Origin: Rotaria sp.
Taxonomy: Eukaryota
Reading direction: 5' to 3'
Length of the DNA: 64,000 nt
Assembly: GCA_905250055.1 (NCBI GenBank)
Contig: CAJNOF010000002.1
Coordinates: 5,986,240-6,050,239 of the forward strand
Below are positions 53,448 through 64,000 of this stretch, in pieces. Each line of letters starts with the position of its first letter. Position 1 is the stretch's first letter. The translations under genes were made by a program, and so were the position numbers. The notes under the pieces were generated by a model that worked only from the letters and a program-made list of their open reading frames with translations, did no database searches and was not told the DNA's origin.

Positions 53448-54458
53448 TTGAAAATGCGGTACGATCTAAAATTCTTCATTACGGTTACTGTTGGAAGCCT
53501 ATTACTGATGATTTGGTGGCGGTTTTTTCTTGACTTACGACAGCCGTCGCCGAATTCTAAGTCCCTCGATAAGACACCTGGATTGTCAAAAGATTTGTCT
53601 ACTCTATCTAATGCAGCTGGCAAATCTTTACCAAAACCACGTCTGATCTTCAACACGTCTGCTCGTTATATTAATAACAGTTTAGAATGTTGGACTGATG
53701 ACGACTATTTGCACTGGAAACAAGGTGATTTTTATCCACCTGGTCAGTCAAATGGTTCAATTGCCTTTATGATCTTGACTGGTGATAGTAACTTACGTAC
53801 TCGCTGTGATGTCATTATGTGCACATTCGGCGTCACTATTCATCCATCACGACTCTTTTTCGTGGGTGAATCATCATCGGATAGACGAGTACCAATTTAT
53901 GATGTGGTTGCACCCGACACACCGAGACCAGTTAACATTTGGTGGAGCAAGCAAAAAGTCACTCGAGGTTTAGATGTTGTTATTAACATGATTAATAAAA
54001 TGGCTGACGGCACAGATATCAAGTGGCTTATGGTAATGGATGATGATACGTTTGTTTCTCCACCGAATTTAAGATTAGTTTTATCGGATTATGATCCTCA
54101 ACAACCGCTAATGATCGGAAACGCATGTGAAGATCGATTTTGTGGTGGTGGAGGCTATGTTTTTTCAAGAGCCTTATTCGAAAAATTCCCTCCATTCATT
54201 TTGTCGTGTTACCCAAACAAACCAGGTGGATATAGTGATATGGTTGTGCCTCGATGTATCACCGCTAAAACTGGAGTTCGACCGACCGATCGAAGAGAGT
54301 TCAATACTCAACCACCAGACCACTATACTACACGAGATGTATTAGCCGCTCGACCAAATGGATTCGGGAGAGCTGCTACTTTTCATTATCTGAGATTGCC
54401 AAAAAACTACCTAGACTTGTGGAGACTTCATCAAGCGTTTTACCGGGATGGAACATAA
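53448..54458 (+). CDS. Fringe-like / glycosyltransferase family 31 protein, type II membrane topology (336 aa), single exon
   Basis: The N-terminal TM segment is FFITVTVGSLLLMIWW. The DxD-type motif WLMVMDDDTFVSPPNL is followed by the GGGGYVFSRALF block typical of Fringe/C1GALT1/B3GLCT-like GT31 enzymes. The ORF is complete with a stop. Confidence 0.65.
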   Translation: MKMRYDLKFFITVTVGSLLLMIWWRFFLDLRQPSPNSKSLDKTPGLSKDLSTLSNAAGKSLPKPRLIFNTSARYINNSLECWTDDDYLHWKQGDFYPPGQSNGSIAFMILTGDSNLRTRCDVIMCTFGVTIHPSRLFFVGESSSDRRVPIYDVVAPDTPRPVNIWWSKQKVTRGLDVVINMINKMADGTDIKWLMVMDDDTFVSPPNLRLVLSDYDPQQPLMIGNACEDRFCGGGGYVFSRALFEKFPPFILSCYPNKPGGYSDMVVPRCITAKTGVRPTDRREFNTQPPDHYTTRDVLAARPNGFGRAATFHYLRLPKNYLDLWRLHQAFYRDGT

Positions 54459-56502
54459 TCAAAACTACTGGTTCTTACCTCTCTGCTCCTGTTTCCATTT
54501 GTTGCAGTGTTTCGTTTATCAAATAACTGAATCATATGCAAAAAAAACTTGGATGTGGATGAGAGTGACAAAATACCATGACATGTTTTTCACTATCGCT
54601 AAAGATTCTCATCATATCGAAAATAATTATACATGTTCATTGTCCAAAAAATTACAAGAATCCTAATCTATTCTTTTGTGTATCGAATGCTAAAACTATC
54701 TAGAATGAATTATATAATTGTGAGTTAGTGAACAGGTATTGAACTGTATGTCGAAGTCAGCTTCTCCTAACACTAATGTGTACTTTTGAGAATCAATCAT
54801 GTTGCATCAACTGCATATTATCCTCTATTCCAAATGTAAATGGTCTAGCAAAGTTAGTTTTTAGGATCTGAAAGAAAATAAAGTATGGATGATTGAGAAT
54901 GAAAGATGAAGAATGAAATAAAGTATTTTATTGGATGAAATGTACGTTTTACAAGCTGATCATCAGTAGTCATTAATTTATATCAATGTTAATGCTAAGC
55001 CAGTACCTCATACACAAAGGTGATATGTGGATTGCAAATTTATTTTCGAGATTCCAGAAATCAAAGCAATTTTTTTCCTTGTTCACGAACACCATAACAA
55101 TAGTAATCATTCTGATTGAGAACGACAGATATTCAACTCTGCCAAGATTAATCATAGTTTGTCAAAAAGTAAATTTAGATAAAAAGGACTCATGACAACA
55201 AACTGCTTTAATGATTCAGTTAGATGATGGATCGAATGATTTCTAGTGTAACCAGTAGATTACATGATTGACCACACTGAAATGAATGGAGAGATAAATG
55301 ATTGGTCACTTATTCTGACTGATTTAAACAATCAGTAAATTTTTATATGAATGAATATCGTTAGACTCATCAATATTCGATAACCTGATTGACAGCAAGA
55401 TGAACATGTCAATAAGAGTTTTATTAAAAATAGTTTGATTGTCACAAGAGCCATTTACATCAAATAAAATTTGGCATTCATTTTTGTTCAATAGTGTTGT
55501 TCATTATTACTTGGAAGCATATATTAATGAACAAGTGTTTAAATTATTGTTTCTCTTTGTTGCTCATCGTTGAGACAAGTGTCGCGATTAATTTTATCTA
55601 ATGTCATGCAACATCAAACAATGAATCTATAATGACATCTCATAGTATATTTTATCCTACTTTCAAGATACTTTGGTTGTTCAACATGTTCTTTATTCCA
55701 TCAATAATCATAAATCAACATGGTATTGCTTTGTTCTGATACAAACCATCACCATTCGTCGCATAGAATTATCTTCTTATTCAAAGAGAAGCAACTGCTC
55801 TGGAGTAAATTTATTGCATCGTTTTGAAAAGTCGAACGACTTGGTTGAAATCTACTAAATTATGAGGAGATACTTGTTTCTTTGGGGGAAGACTTTCATC
55901 AATTAGTTTTTTGCTCTATTATATCTATACGTCGTTCGAATAACATTTTTTTGCTATGTGTGTTTGAAAGAAGAATTTTAAAAAGAAAATCGAGATCATG
56001 CAATATTTCAGCTTGCTTGTGAGTATGATCATCGTTAATTCATAATTTGAAGGCACGTAAACATTCATGGAGAAATATTATTAAATTTTATACGTTCAGA
56101 CTCTGCATGTACAGATCATTTCAGAGAACAACATATTGACAGAAATGATGAGACTTTCGACATTTAAAAGATTCCTCTATCGATAACAAAGTTGGACAAT
56201 CTAGGAAAGTATTAACAAGATATGGGATATAGGTGTGGATGATAATGAAGAGATGAACCAAGCCATCATGCATGTGTACACTAGTACCTGTCAACACCTC
56301 ATACATCTACATATTCGCTCTTACCTCGAATCACCTTGGTACCAGTGACACACGATGGAGTCTCTACTGAGTTGATTTCTGGTAGCGAACGCGAATAAAA
56401 TAGTCATGAGATTTGTCTTTCATTCAATCGTGATGTATTCGAGAATGAAAGAGATCAAGAAAAACAAACTAAATGTCTTTTTTGAGTCGATTCAATTGAA
56501 AA

Positions 56503-57081
56503 TCATTGAATACGATGATTCTGACGATCGAAGGACAAACCTCGGGGAAAGTTGAACTGATTTGGTGATTTTCCTTGGCCATTTCCACCGACAACGACTG
56601 TGTTCTGTTTCGCTTTTGGAGGCCAATGAATCACTCGATTATTTGCAGAATCTGCCACATAGACGGTACCTAAAGCATCGACGAACAGCCCCTCAGGATA
56701 CGACAATTGTGTGAGCGATTTTTCTTCACCTTTACCTCCAGCGACGATAATCCCTTCTGTTGCACCTATATTCCATTTCATCACACGATGATTGCTGAAG
56801 TTTGACACGTAGACAGCTTCTTGTCAATCGACAAAGAGATATCCTGGTGCTTTGAGTTGATTGAGACGAGTTCCTTTACCATACCTACCAGCCACGAGAG
56901 TTCCATTCTTATCTCCTATTTCATATCGTCTTACTTCAACTTTGTCAGTATTAGAGATGTAGATATATCTCTGACCATCCGTAGCCAATCTAAAATACCC
57001 GATGTTGTCGAAGAGATTTTCTCCTTGAGTTGTGTTATTGAGACGAGACCATCGTAAGACTCGCTGATTATGCAAATCCAA
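56503..57081 (-). pseudogene. NHL-repeat (beta-propeller) coding fragment interrupted by an in-frame TGA; likely a pseudogene or gene fragment
   Basis: The two minus-strand ORFs 56824-57081 and 56503-56808 are in the same frame and are separated only by a TGA (plus-strand 56824-56826). NHL signatures are VYVADSANNRVIHW, IYISNTDKVEVRRY and VYVSNFSNHRVMKW. There is no in-frame ATG upstream of the first NHL ORF and it abuts a minisatellite. Confidence 0.55.
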
Positions 57082-57104
57082 GGGGGAAAAAGCAGATTTT
57101 AACC

Positions 57105-57185
57105 CCCGAAATCTCTGGAAATCTCTGGAAATCTTTTGAAATCTTTAGAAATCTTTGGAAATCTTTAGAAACTTTTAAGAATCCT
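57105..57185. repeat. Minisatellite, about 8 copies of a 10-bp unit GAAATCT(C/T)TG
   Basis: The repeat reads GAAATCTCTGGAAATCTCTGGAAATCTTTTGAAATCTTTAGAAATCTTTGGAAATCTTTAG. Confidence 0.85.
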
Positions 57186-58908
57186 TTGGCCCTATAATGA
57201 CGCATGTTACACCAATAATACATCAGTGAACTATGGAGATTCAATGGAATTTGTATTGACCGACTTTCATATTATTGTACTGTTACCGTTATATCTCTAA
57301 TTTTTCTGCAAGAGAAAGAACCTTTTCAGCAAAGAAGGAGTACTTTTTTTTATAAAGGTTGTTGAGAATACTCAAGTAAGATTGGGTAAACATTGCATTG
57401 CAATACATGACAGATTAATTAGAAAGACCATAAAGTTTAAGACAGAAATAATTCTTTATAATAAAATGTTTTGTTTGATAGTTTTCATCAAGAATTCTTC
57501 TGCTATAGGTTGAATGATTCATTGTAATCAGCTAAATGTAACTCAACTGAATCATAGATTATAACTCATCTTTTTAGAAAATAAACATAAAATCATGAGT
57601 GATAAACCGTCAGTGGTGTTCCAAAGGAGTGTGATTGAAAAGCTGATCATGAATGTCAAACTTTCAACGAAGTAACTTAACACGTTTCGGTTTTGTAAAA
57701 AAAAATTGTCTACATATGGAACTCAATATGCAAAACTTAAAATTTTTTCTTTATGAACACGACGAACAATTTCAAAAAGTGCATGTGACACAAACTATCA
57801 CCCCCAGTAGAGACACTTATATTGTCAGTTAAGGAAATGAAACACGTTGGGTGCAGAGTGAAGGTCTCCCTACCAAACTTATAAATTTAAAACATTAGCT
57901 ACTGTTGCTGTGTGCCGACCATGATATTATAGTTTTACAATGTTAGCAGTATATATAGCATGATTAAAGCTCAAAGTTTCAGCAGATTCTTTAATTTTAT
58001 TTTTTTGATGAAAGGAAAGAGATGATGAGATGCTTTAGATAAATACGTATGTTTCATATTTAAAAAAGAGATTGTAAAAAATATCAAGGGAAAAATTTAT
58101 GTTAGCAGCAATGCCAAATATAAGGAAAATAGATCCGAAATTCTCACCTTGATATATTTTTCAAACTTTTTTCAAAAATATGGAGTCAATCTTTTAATGA
58201 TTCTACTCGAAAAGTTCTATTTAACCATTAAGAGAACAGAACAAGAGATCTTACTGAAATTTTTAGTTTTGAGCATCTTGCAAACACTAGAGACAGCTGA
58301 AAACTTGAACATCTTGATCGGTACACACTGACACGGTCTAGAATTTTAAACAGGCTAATTTAACGATAAGAACTTTGAATTTGATTCAAATGTGTTTAAC
58401 GACTCTATTTGTCAAATCATCCACAAAAGGTGATAAATACGAAAAGCAAATGATGGACAACTTGCTGGCAGAAATTATATTATCTAGGATAATACCACTT
58501 TACATAGAAGTAGATTTTTGACAAAAGGAATAGCTAAAAGTCAGCTGAACCTTCTTTTTATTCTTACGACCCTAATGCCAAATCTTTCTGCCATGGTTGA
58601 GATCTGTATCAAGCTTCACAAGTTTAAAGAAATAACTCTTTGCTTCAAATGAGGACCGTAAAATGTACCACACTATTATCAATAGCCAAACTACTTATCT
58701 TTCATTTAGTAAACGGTAGTCCAAATAGTATTAATCTAATAATGAGATCTTGTTTAGACGCCGAAAATTTGGACTTTAGATTCCAATTCACTACGGGCCA
58801 CTAAGTCTAGTTTGTTATAGTCTTGCCGGATGTATGTTTAATGTTATTAGAGTTCTGCGAAATGAAGAGTAAAAGAGGCATCGATTGACATCTATTCTTT
58901 TATATATA

Positions 58909-60161
58909 TCGGGTTGGTGCAAAAGTCTCCGCCGATTTTTTTCTTTTCAATGTTTCATGATTTTATTGAAACAAAATGTCACTAATCGAAAACATATATA
59001 CCATTATTGTCTATGACATACTCCCATCTTTTAGGCAAATCGAGAATGCCATCTTCAAAGAATTTCTTTGATAAAGACGAAAAGAAACTCTCGAGGTCCG
59101 ATTTTAGATGTAGTCGATCATCAAAATGCTTTTTCACCAGGTGATTGCGGAGCGACCGGAACAGATGATAATCAGAAGGTGCCAGATCTGGTGAATATGG
59201 TGGATGAGGTAAGACCTCCCTCCCTAATTCTTCCAGCTTCTGGCGAGAAACTTTTGAGATATGAGGTTTTGCATCATCGTGAAGCAATCGAACTTTTCGT
59301 CTTTCTGGACGATTTCCTTGTAGTGCAATTTTCAAATTCTCAAGTTGTTTGCAGTAAAGCTTCGAGTCGACCGTGGTATTAGGTAGTAGAAGTTCCCAGT
59401 AGATAATACCTTCGAAATCCCACCAGATCGGCAGCATAATTTTTTTCGAATGCAGGTCGTTTTTTGGTTCAGGTTCAGGCAAATCTTCAGGATTGACCCA
59501 TTGACGCTTGCGTGTATGGTTGACATACAGGATCCACTTTTCATTACCAGTGACAATCTGCTGAAGAAACTTGTGTCGGTTGCGTTTTGACAACAAAGAA
59601 TTGCATATGGTGATTCTTTGCTGTATATTGTCCGAGCTTAGTTGATGTGGAACCCATGTTTCAAGTTTACTAACTTTTCCGATTTCATGTAAATGCCGAT
59701 CGATGGTGAAGTGATCGCATAGAAGCATAGCTGATAATTCACTGGTAGTTAATCGTGGATTGTCTTCGATCAGGACTTTTAATTGTTCAATATCAATTTC
59801 CAGAGGACGTCCACACCTTGGCCGATCTTCCAATGACATATCACCTTCCCGAAATCTTTTAAACGAATCTCGACAAGTGCGATCAGCAACAACACGTTCA
59901 CCAAGTGCAGCACATATATTGTGCACAGCAGCACTTGCATTGTTCCCCAGTTGGAACTCATACAAAATGCAATGTCGAATATGAATAGAAATCTCTGACA
60001 TATTTTAATATGGAATGTAAAAAAAATCGGACATTCGTTAATGTCACATTATAGTACTACACAGGCGGTATCAAATGTGCAAAAACCACGCCTGTATAGT
60101 AGCGCTAGATGGCTTTAAAAGACTTTCAAAAAAATCGGCGGATACTTTTGCACCAACCCGA
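58909..60161 (-). mobile_element. Mariner-family (cecropia/Hsmar1-like) DNA transposon, 1253 bp, with 34-bp TIRs and TA target-site duplication; apparently intact
   Basis: The left TIR is 58909-58942, TCGGGTTGGTGCAAAAGTCTCCGCCGATTTTTTT. The right TIR is 60128-60161, its reverse complement with one mismatch. TA sits at 58907-58908 and 60162-60163. The TIR resembles Hsmar1 TTAGGTTGGTGCAAAAGTAATTGCGG. Confidence 0.9.
58982..60001 (-). CDS. Mariner transposase, full-length 339 aa, DD34D-type (HDDAKPH third-Asp motif, WVPHQL, YSPDLAPSDYHLF)
   Basis: Uninterrupted ORF colinear with Mos1/Hsmar1 transposases, including the HTH N-terminus, WVPH..L, GDEKWI, HDxAxPH and PYSPDLAPSDYHLF. Confidence 0.9.
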   Translation of the reverse strand: MSEISIHIRHCILYEFQLGNNASAAVHNICAALGERVVADRTCRDSFKRFREGDMSLEDRPRCGRPLEIDIEQLKVLIEDNPRLTTSELSAMLLCDHFTIDRHLHEIGKVSKLETWVPHQLSSDNIQQRITICNSLLSKRNRHKFLQQIVTGNEKWILYVNHTRKRQWVNPEDLPEPEPKNDLHSKKIMLPIWWDFEGIIYWELLLPNTTVDSKLYCKQLENLKIALQGNRPERRKVRLLHDDAKPHISKVSRQKLEELGREVLPHPPYSPDLAPSDYHLFRSLRNHLVKKHFDDRLHLKSDLESFFSSLSKKFFEDGILDLPKRWEYVIDNNGIYVFD

Positions 60162-60522
60162 TATATTAACAAAACCTCAAAAGTTTTATATTTCATGAAA
60201 AAAAGAGCTCAAAGAAATATTTTTGGAGTACTAAATCGATGAAATGTCCATCTTCATCAACTTGTATATTGTCTCATGCAGATTATAATTAGGTTTGGTT
60301 TTAGAAATAATTAGTAAAAAATTTAGACTTACTCGGAATTGCTGCATATACTCTGGTTCAGAAATACTCTCAATAGAATATGGACTTTGCAGAATTTCCA
60401 TCGCAGTTTTCATCTTAATGACGTAGTCATACTCAAGATTTAATCTCAGTATCAAGAAATATTTATGACTCTGGATGAAAGTGAGCATTAGTAAAACGAA
60501 ATTATCATTGCTAGACTTATGA

Positions 60523-61491
60523 TGCGGCCAACTATCCGACTGGTTTGAAGTCAAAAGCGGTGTTCGCCAAGGGTGCACAATTGCCCCGGATCTGTTTCTA
60601 GCACCAATGGACTGGCTGCTCCAACGAACCGTACACCGAGGGTTGCTCGGCGCTACACTGGGTAACGAAGTATTCACTGATTTGGACTTTGCGGATGATG
60701 TAGCACTTCTAGCCGAGACTGTGGAAGCAATTCTGCTGGCATTGGAGGTCATGCAGCACGAAGCTCGCCCGCTTGGCTTAGAAATCAACTGGCCAAAGAC
60801 AAAAATTCAAGAAACCAGAAGCGAAACGACTAACAACAACGCACTATCTGTGGGCAGCCACAATGTGGAAGTGGTCGACTCATTCGTCTACTTAGGTTGC
60901 ACGATTAACAAAACAGGCAGCAGCATACCAGAAATCACCAGAAGGATTGCAATCGCTCGAAACTGCATGAAGACCCTGGACAAATCCATCTGGCGCTCAA
61001 GCATAGCGTTACAGACCAAAATTCGTCTTTACAACTGCTATATATTACCAGTTCTTCTGTACGGCGCGGAGACCTGGACAATAACTGGCTCGGTCGAGAA
61101 AAAATTAGATGCTTTCGACAACTGGTGCCTTAGACGAATTCTCCACATACCATATACGAAACACATCACGAACAAAGAAGTTCGTGAACGCACCGGCCAA
61201 CCTGAAATTAGCACAACTATCAAAACTAGACGACTACGACAATTCGGACATATAGCCAGGGGCAACCCCCTCTCCGACCATACCAGAGCATTGCAAGCAA
61301 ATATTAATGGGCCACTAAGTGGATGGAAACGCCCTCGTGGCAGACCACGCCACACGTGGATCCGCTCCGTCGAAGACGACCTACGTCCATTCAATCTAGG
61401 TCTTTTCTCCGCCTGGAAAAATGCTCAAGACAGGCAAAAATGGCGTAGTCTTGTAACGAAAGCAACGTCCAGTAGGATACGCTACAGATGA
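60523..61491 (+). CDS. 5'-truncated non-LTR retrotransposon (RTE-like LINE) reverse transcriptase, C-terminal RT domains
   Basis: The frame opens after a TGA at 60520. The RT motifs are FEVKSGVRQGCTIAPDLFL, FADDVALL (the YADD box), LEINWPKTKI and YLGCTIN. GC content is much higher than the host. The antisense ORFs at 60231-60788 and 61038-61394 are spurious. Confidence 0.8.
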   Translation, partial: CGQLSDWFEVKSGVRQGCTIAPDLFLAPMDWLLQRTVHRGLLGATLGNEVFTDLDFADDVALLAETVEAILLALEVMQHEARPLGLEINWPKTKIQETRSETTNNNALSVGSHNVEVVDSFVYLGCTINKTGSSIPEITRRIAIARNCMKTLDKSIWRSSIALQTKIRLYNCYILPVLLYGAETWTITGSVEKKLDAFDNWCLRRILHIPYTKHITNKEVRERTGQPEISTTIKTRRLRQFGHIARGNPLSDHTRALQANINGPLSGWKRPRGRPRHTWIRSVEDDLRPFNLGLFSAWKNAQDRQKWRSLVTKATSSRIRYR

Positions 61492-61620
61492 TGAGACTTA
61501 TGATGAGATTGAAGCATAAGCTTAGATTCAACCCTAATACTTTGAAATGACTAACATTACCATATTACTGTATGATTATTTTGTACAGAATAATCAATGA
61601 ATTCAAAATTTTGAAGTTTT
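60523..61620 (+). mobile_element. RTE-like LINE fragment (RT ORF plus short 3' UTR); its 5' end is truncated about 360 bp downstream of the mariner
   Basis: See the RT CDS above. The 3' boundary is not resolvable by eye. Confidence 0.6.
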
Positions 61621-62735
61621 AAAGGAATGTGTTATACTTAAAGATATTAGGAAGAACAGTATTACTGCTTATTAGCTTGCATGCGAGCGAAATCAGTCTT
61701 TTACTACACACAAACTTTTAGAAAGTTCACTAGAGAGCCAAGCTCACATTGGAGCTATTCAGCATCTGGTATGTCTTCATAAGTTGTGTGGAATACTACT
61801 CAAAACTATCTCAATGATTTTTCCTCTTTATTATCTAACTATGTCGGTAGATTAGGAACAAAGAGTTTTGTTCAAGTTTCATGCCCTCGTATTGTGTATG
61901 AAAAATTCCTGTAGAAATGGACATGCTAAATTTCTGAATAGGATTTTAGTAAAGTGGTCCAAGTTATATTCAAAATAAATGGAATATTTGCGCCAGAATT
62001 TGACGAGTAAGTTTTTGTTAATTACATAGTAACGTAAGTTTTTATGTCAAAGAAAGATACATAAATAGAAAATGAAGCTTAAAATAAACATGAAAGCTCA
62101 TCTGAGCCGCAATATCTCAGGTTAGTTATAAAAGACCTTACATAAGAACAGAAAGAAAATAGGAATTACTGTGTGCAGCAAACAGACAGGCTATCAACCA
62201 AATACCTATAACGAGACTTAGAGTAACACTCTTTTGTTAAATTTGAGCAGCATCTTTTTCTGATTCAGAAGAAAGTCAGCAGTTCATAGAAGTTTCTTTT
62301 AATATAAATTATTTAATGAATTTCGATGTAAAGTACGAAACCAGGAACATTACTACGTCTCTACAGCTTAGAAGAGCATTAATGTGGATAGGTCATCTTT
62401 GTTAGAGAAAACCTTGTGCTGGATTGTTTCACAGAAATTGAAGAATATGAATCTCACAATGCTTCTGATATCAAAAGAAAAAGATCTTACATAATAATTT
62501 TCCGATTTCCATAAGTGGCTTATCAAAAAAATTGTCACAGTAGAGTTTACAAGAGTCATTGTTGCACACTTGTGATTTATATTTCTACTATACAAACTAA
62601 AACGCCAATAATACTGCGTTAAATTTCCCAGCCATCTTATTCTATTTATAACATATATTTGACAGTCAATTTGAGAATACGAAACCTATTTTAATTGATT
62701 TCTTCGTACTATTGGAAATGTATTGAACGCAGGCC

Positions 62736-63387
62736 TGCAGAATCTGCCATAGCTTCCTTGCAGCACACAAAAAAAACTGAAAAATTTCCCCAACTTTCAC
62801 AAACGTACGAGATAGAATATCTCTTCATTAAAAATGTATGTTAAAGAAAATAATTCTGTTCTTTTTTGGATTCATGAGTTTTTTATTCAATGAATAAGAT
62901 GGAACTACAAAAAAATTAGTATTGTTTTTGTTCATTTTATTCAGTCGTAGAGGTAATCCGATAGTGATGGTAACTTTTCTGCTTCTTGCCGTCTCAATCG
63001 ACTGATGACTAATGACTCGGACTTTATCAACTTCCATCGTTGATATCAGATGTGCAGAATCTGCCCGTCTACATGCACGCGGGTGCGAGGAAATTTTTGA
63101 AACATTATTGACTGCAGTAAAAGTTTTAGGAAATTATTGGCTGTAAGAAACAGAGGTGCAGAATCTACCCTCATGCGCGTACAATAGTTTCCGAAAATTT
63201 TTAATTTTTTTTGGAAATGCTCACTACTACTACTGCTGAGGGAAATATTTTCCTCTTGTGTGAAAGTTTTTTATTTTAGTGGCAGATTCGATACCTCTGA
63301 TATTTTCCCTTCTCAATTTTTCTCAAAATTCTGCCGAGAAGTCCGTTTTTCCCAGCAGCGCCGCTGCAACCTATTGGTAGATTCTCC
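62736..63387. repeat. Cluster of the 13-bp palindrome GGCAGAATCTGCC (6 copies/variants in both orientations), with two adjacent roughly 100-bp tandem units each beginning GTGCAGAATCT(G/A)CCC...CATGC(A)CGCG
   Basis: Sites are at 62736, 63052, 63155, 63281 (rc-like), 63327 (rc-like) and 63376. The tandem units are about 63052-63150 and 63157-63260. Confidence 0.6.
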
Positions 63388-64000
63388 ATCTCTGGTTGAA
63401 CGAGAAAATGAATCACTTAACATTAAATCTTAATCATACGGAAAATTAAGGAATCGAGATTGACGAGGATCGAGAATGTTGACGCATAGTAGCTGGCTGC
63501 TGTTCGTTAAGATTCATTTTAGTAGATGTCAACAGAAAATAGAAAAGTACGATGTCTTCGCAAAATGATCGTCCCAAGCAATAAAATAAATATTTCTTTC
63601 TACATTAGCACATGTTCTTGAAAATCAAAGTTTGAAAGAGAATATAGTAGGTCACAGGAGGCGAAGGTTAAGTCAAGTTTGGTGAGTGGTCAAGCGAATC
63701 ATGGTAACAGACACTCTTTGTATTGCATATTAATATGGAACTTAAAATTAAATATCAAGTTTAATATTTTTTCACCTAATACTTTATTCAGTTAAAATCA
63801 AGTGAAGAAGTGATACGTTGAGGCGAATGCCATTTAGTTTTACCTTTTGTCATCCACGAAAATCTATTTAAAAAAAAACATCGATTTCTTATAAAGTTTG
63901 ACGAAACATAAGTGTGGTCGAACAATTTCAGTCTGTATTAGGCTTCGAGACATTCACCTCTATGATTTATCAGTAGGCACACAGTATTTCAGAGAAACAA

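Noticed and set aside
60231-61394. ORFs 60231-60788 (-) and 61038-61394 (-), Ser/Arg-rich
   Set aside because: They are antisense to the RTE reverse-transcriptase frame in a GC-rich TE and have no domain signatures. Spurious.
1-64000. Prokaryote-type features such as operons, Shine-Dalgarno sites, CRISPR arrays, rho-independent terminators and defence islands
   Set aside because: The sequence has spliceosomal introns, eukaryotic gene families (MVP, TRAF/RING, C2, NHL) and eukaryotic TEs. No direct-repeat/spacer arrays of CRISPR type are present. The only regular arrays are microsatellites and minisatellites with no unique spacers.

Overview
The window is AT-rich (~30% GC) eukaryotic, metazoan-type nuclear DNA with short GT-AG introns (about 50-70 bp) that have T-rich acceptors. 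The organism is probably a flatworm-like invertebrate, because a major vault protein gene is present and the transposons are mariner and RTE types; this assignment is tentative. I found no prokaryotic operons, rRNA, tRNA or CRISPR arrays. Protein-coding genes, located by reading splice sites by eye with coordinates good to about +/-2 nt, are: (1) a 12-exon ferric-chelate-reductase-1/SDR2-like gene with reeler, DOMON and cytochrome b561 domains, 2801-6683 (+); (2) a 4-exon RING plus TRAF-type zinc-finger plus RRM protein, 18862-20554 (+); (3) a single-exon C2-domain protein, 25513-25917 (-), with a TATA box; (4) a 3-exon zinc-finger UBP-type protein, 31024-31538 (+); (5) the N-terminal roughly 520 aa of major vault protein, 34752 to about 36650 (+), with the C-terminal part not found in the window; (6) a 2-exon secreted protein of uncertain function, 40618-41659 (-); (7) a single-exon secreted leucine-rich-repeat protein, 42362-43441 (+); (8) a single-exon GT31/Fringe-like type II glycosyltransferase, 53448-54458 (+); (9) an NHL-repeat ORF interrupted by an in-frame TGA, 56503-57081 (-). 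Mobile elements are an apparently intact cecropia/Hsmar1-type mariner at 58909-60161 with 34-bp TIRs, TA target-site duplication and a 339-aa transposase; a 5'-truncated RTE-like LINE reverse transcriptase at 60523-61491; and a 1.45-kb non-autonomous DNA element with 16-bp TIRs at 39170-40615. A dispersed roughly 0.5-0.8-kb repeat, here called R1, has three copies. The most unusual region is 10.9-15.1 kb. It is a nest of long palindromic (foldback-type) repeats, with two inverted R1 copies bracketing arrays of the palindromic octamer AATCGATT, an 82-bp tandem array and a U6-snRNA-like 22-mer. A separate imperfect hairpin of about 516 bp lies at 48.1-48.6 kb. A cluster of the palindromic 13-mer GGCAGAATCTGCC lies at 62.7-63.4 kb.
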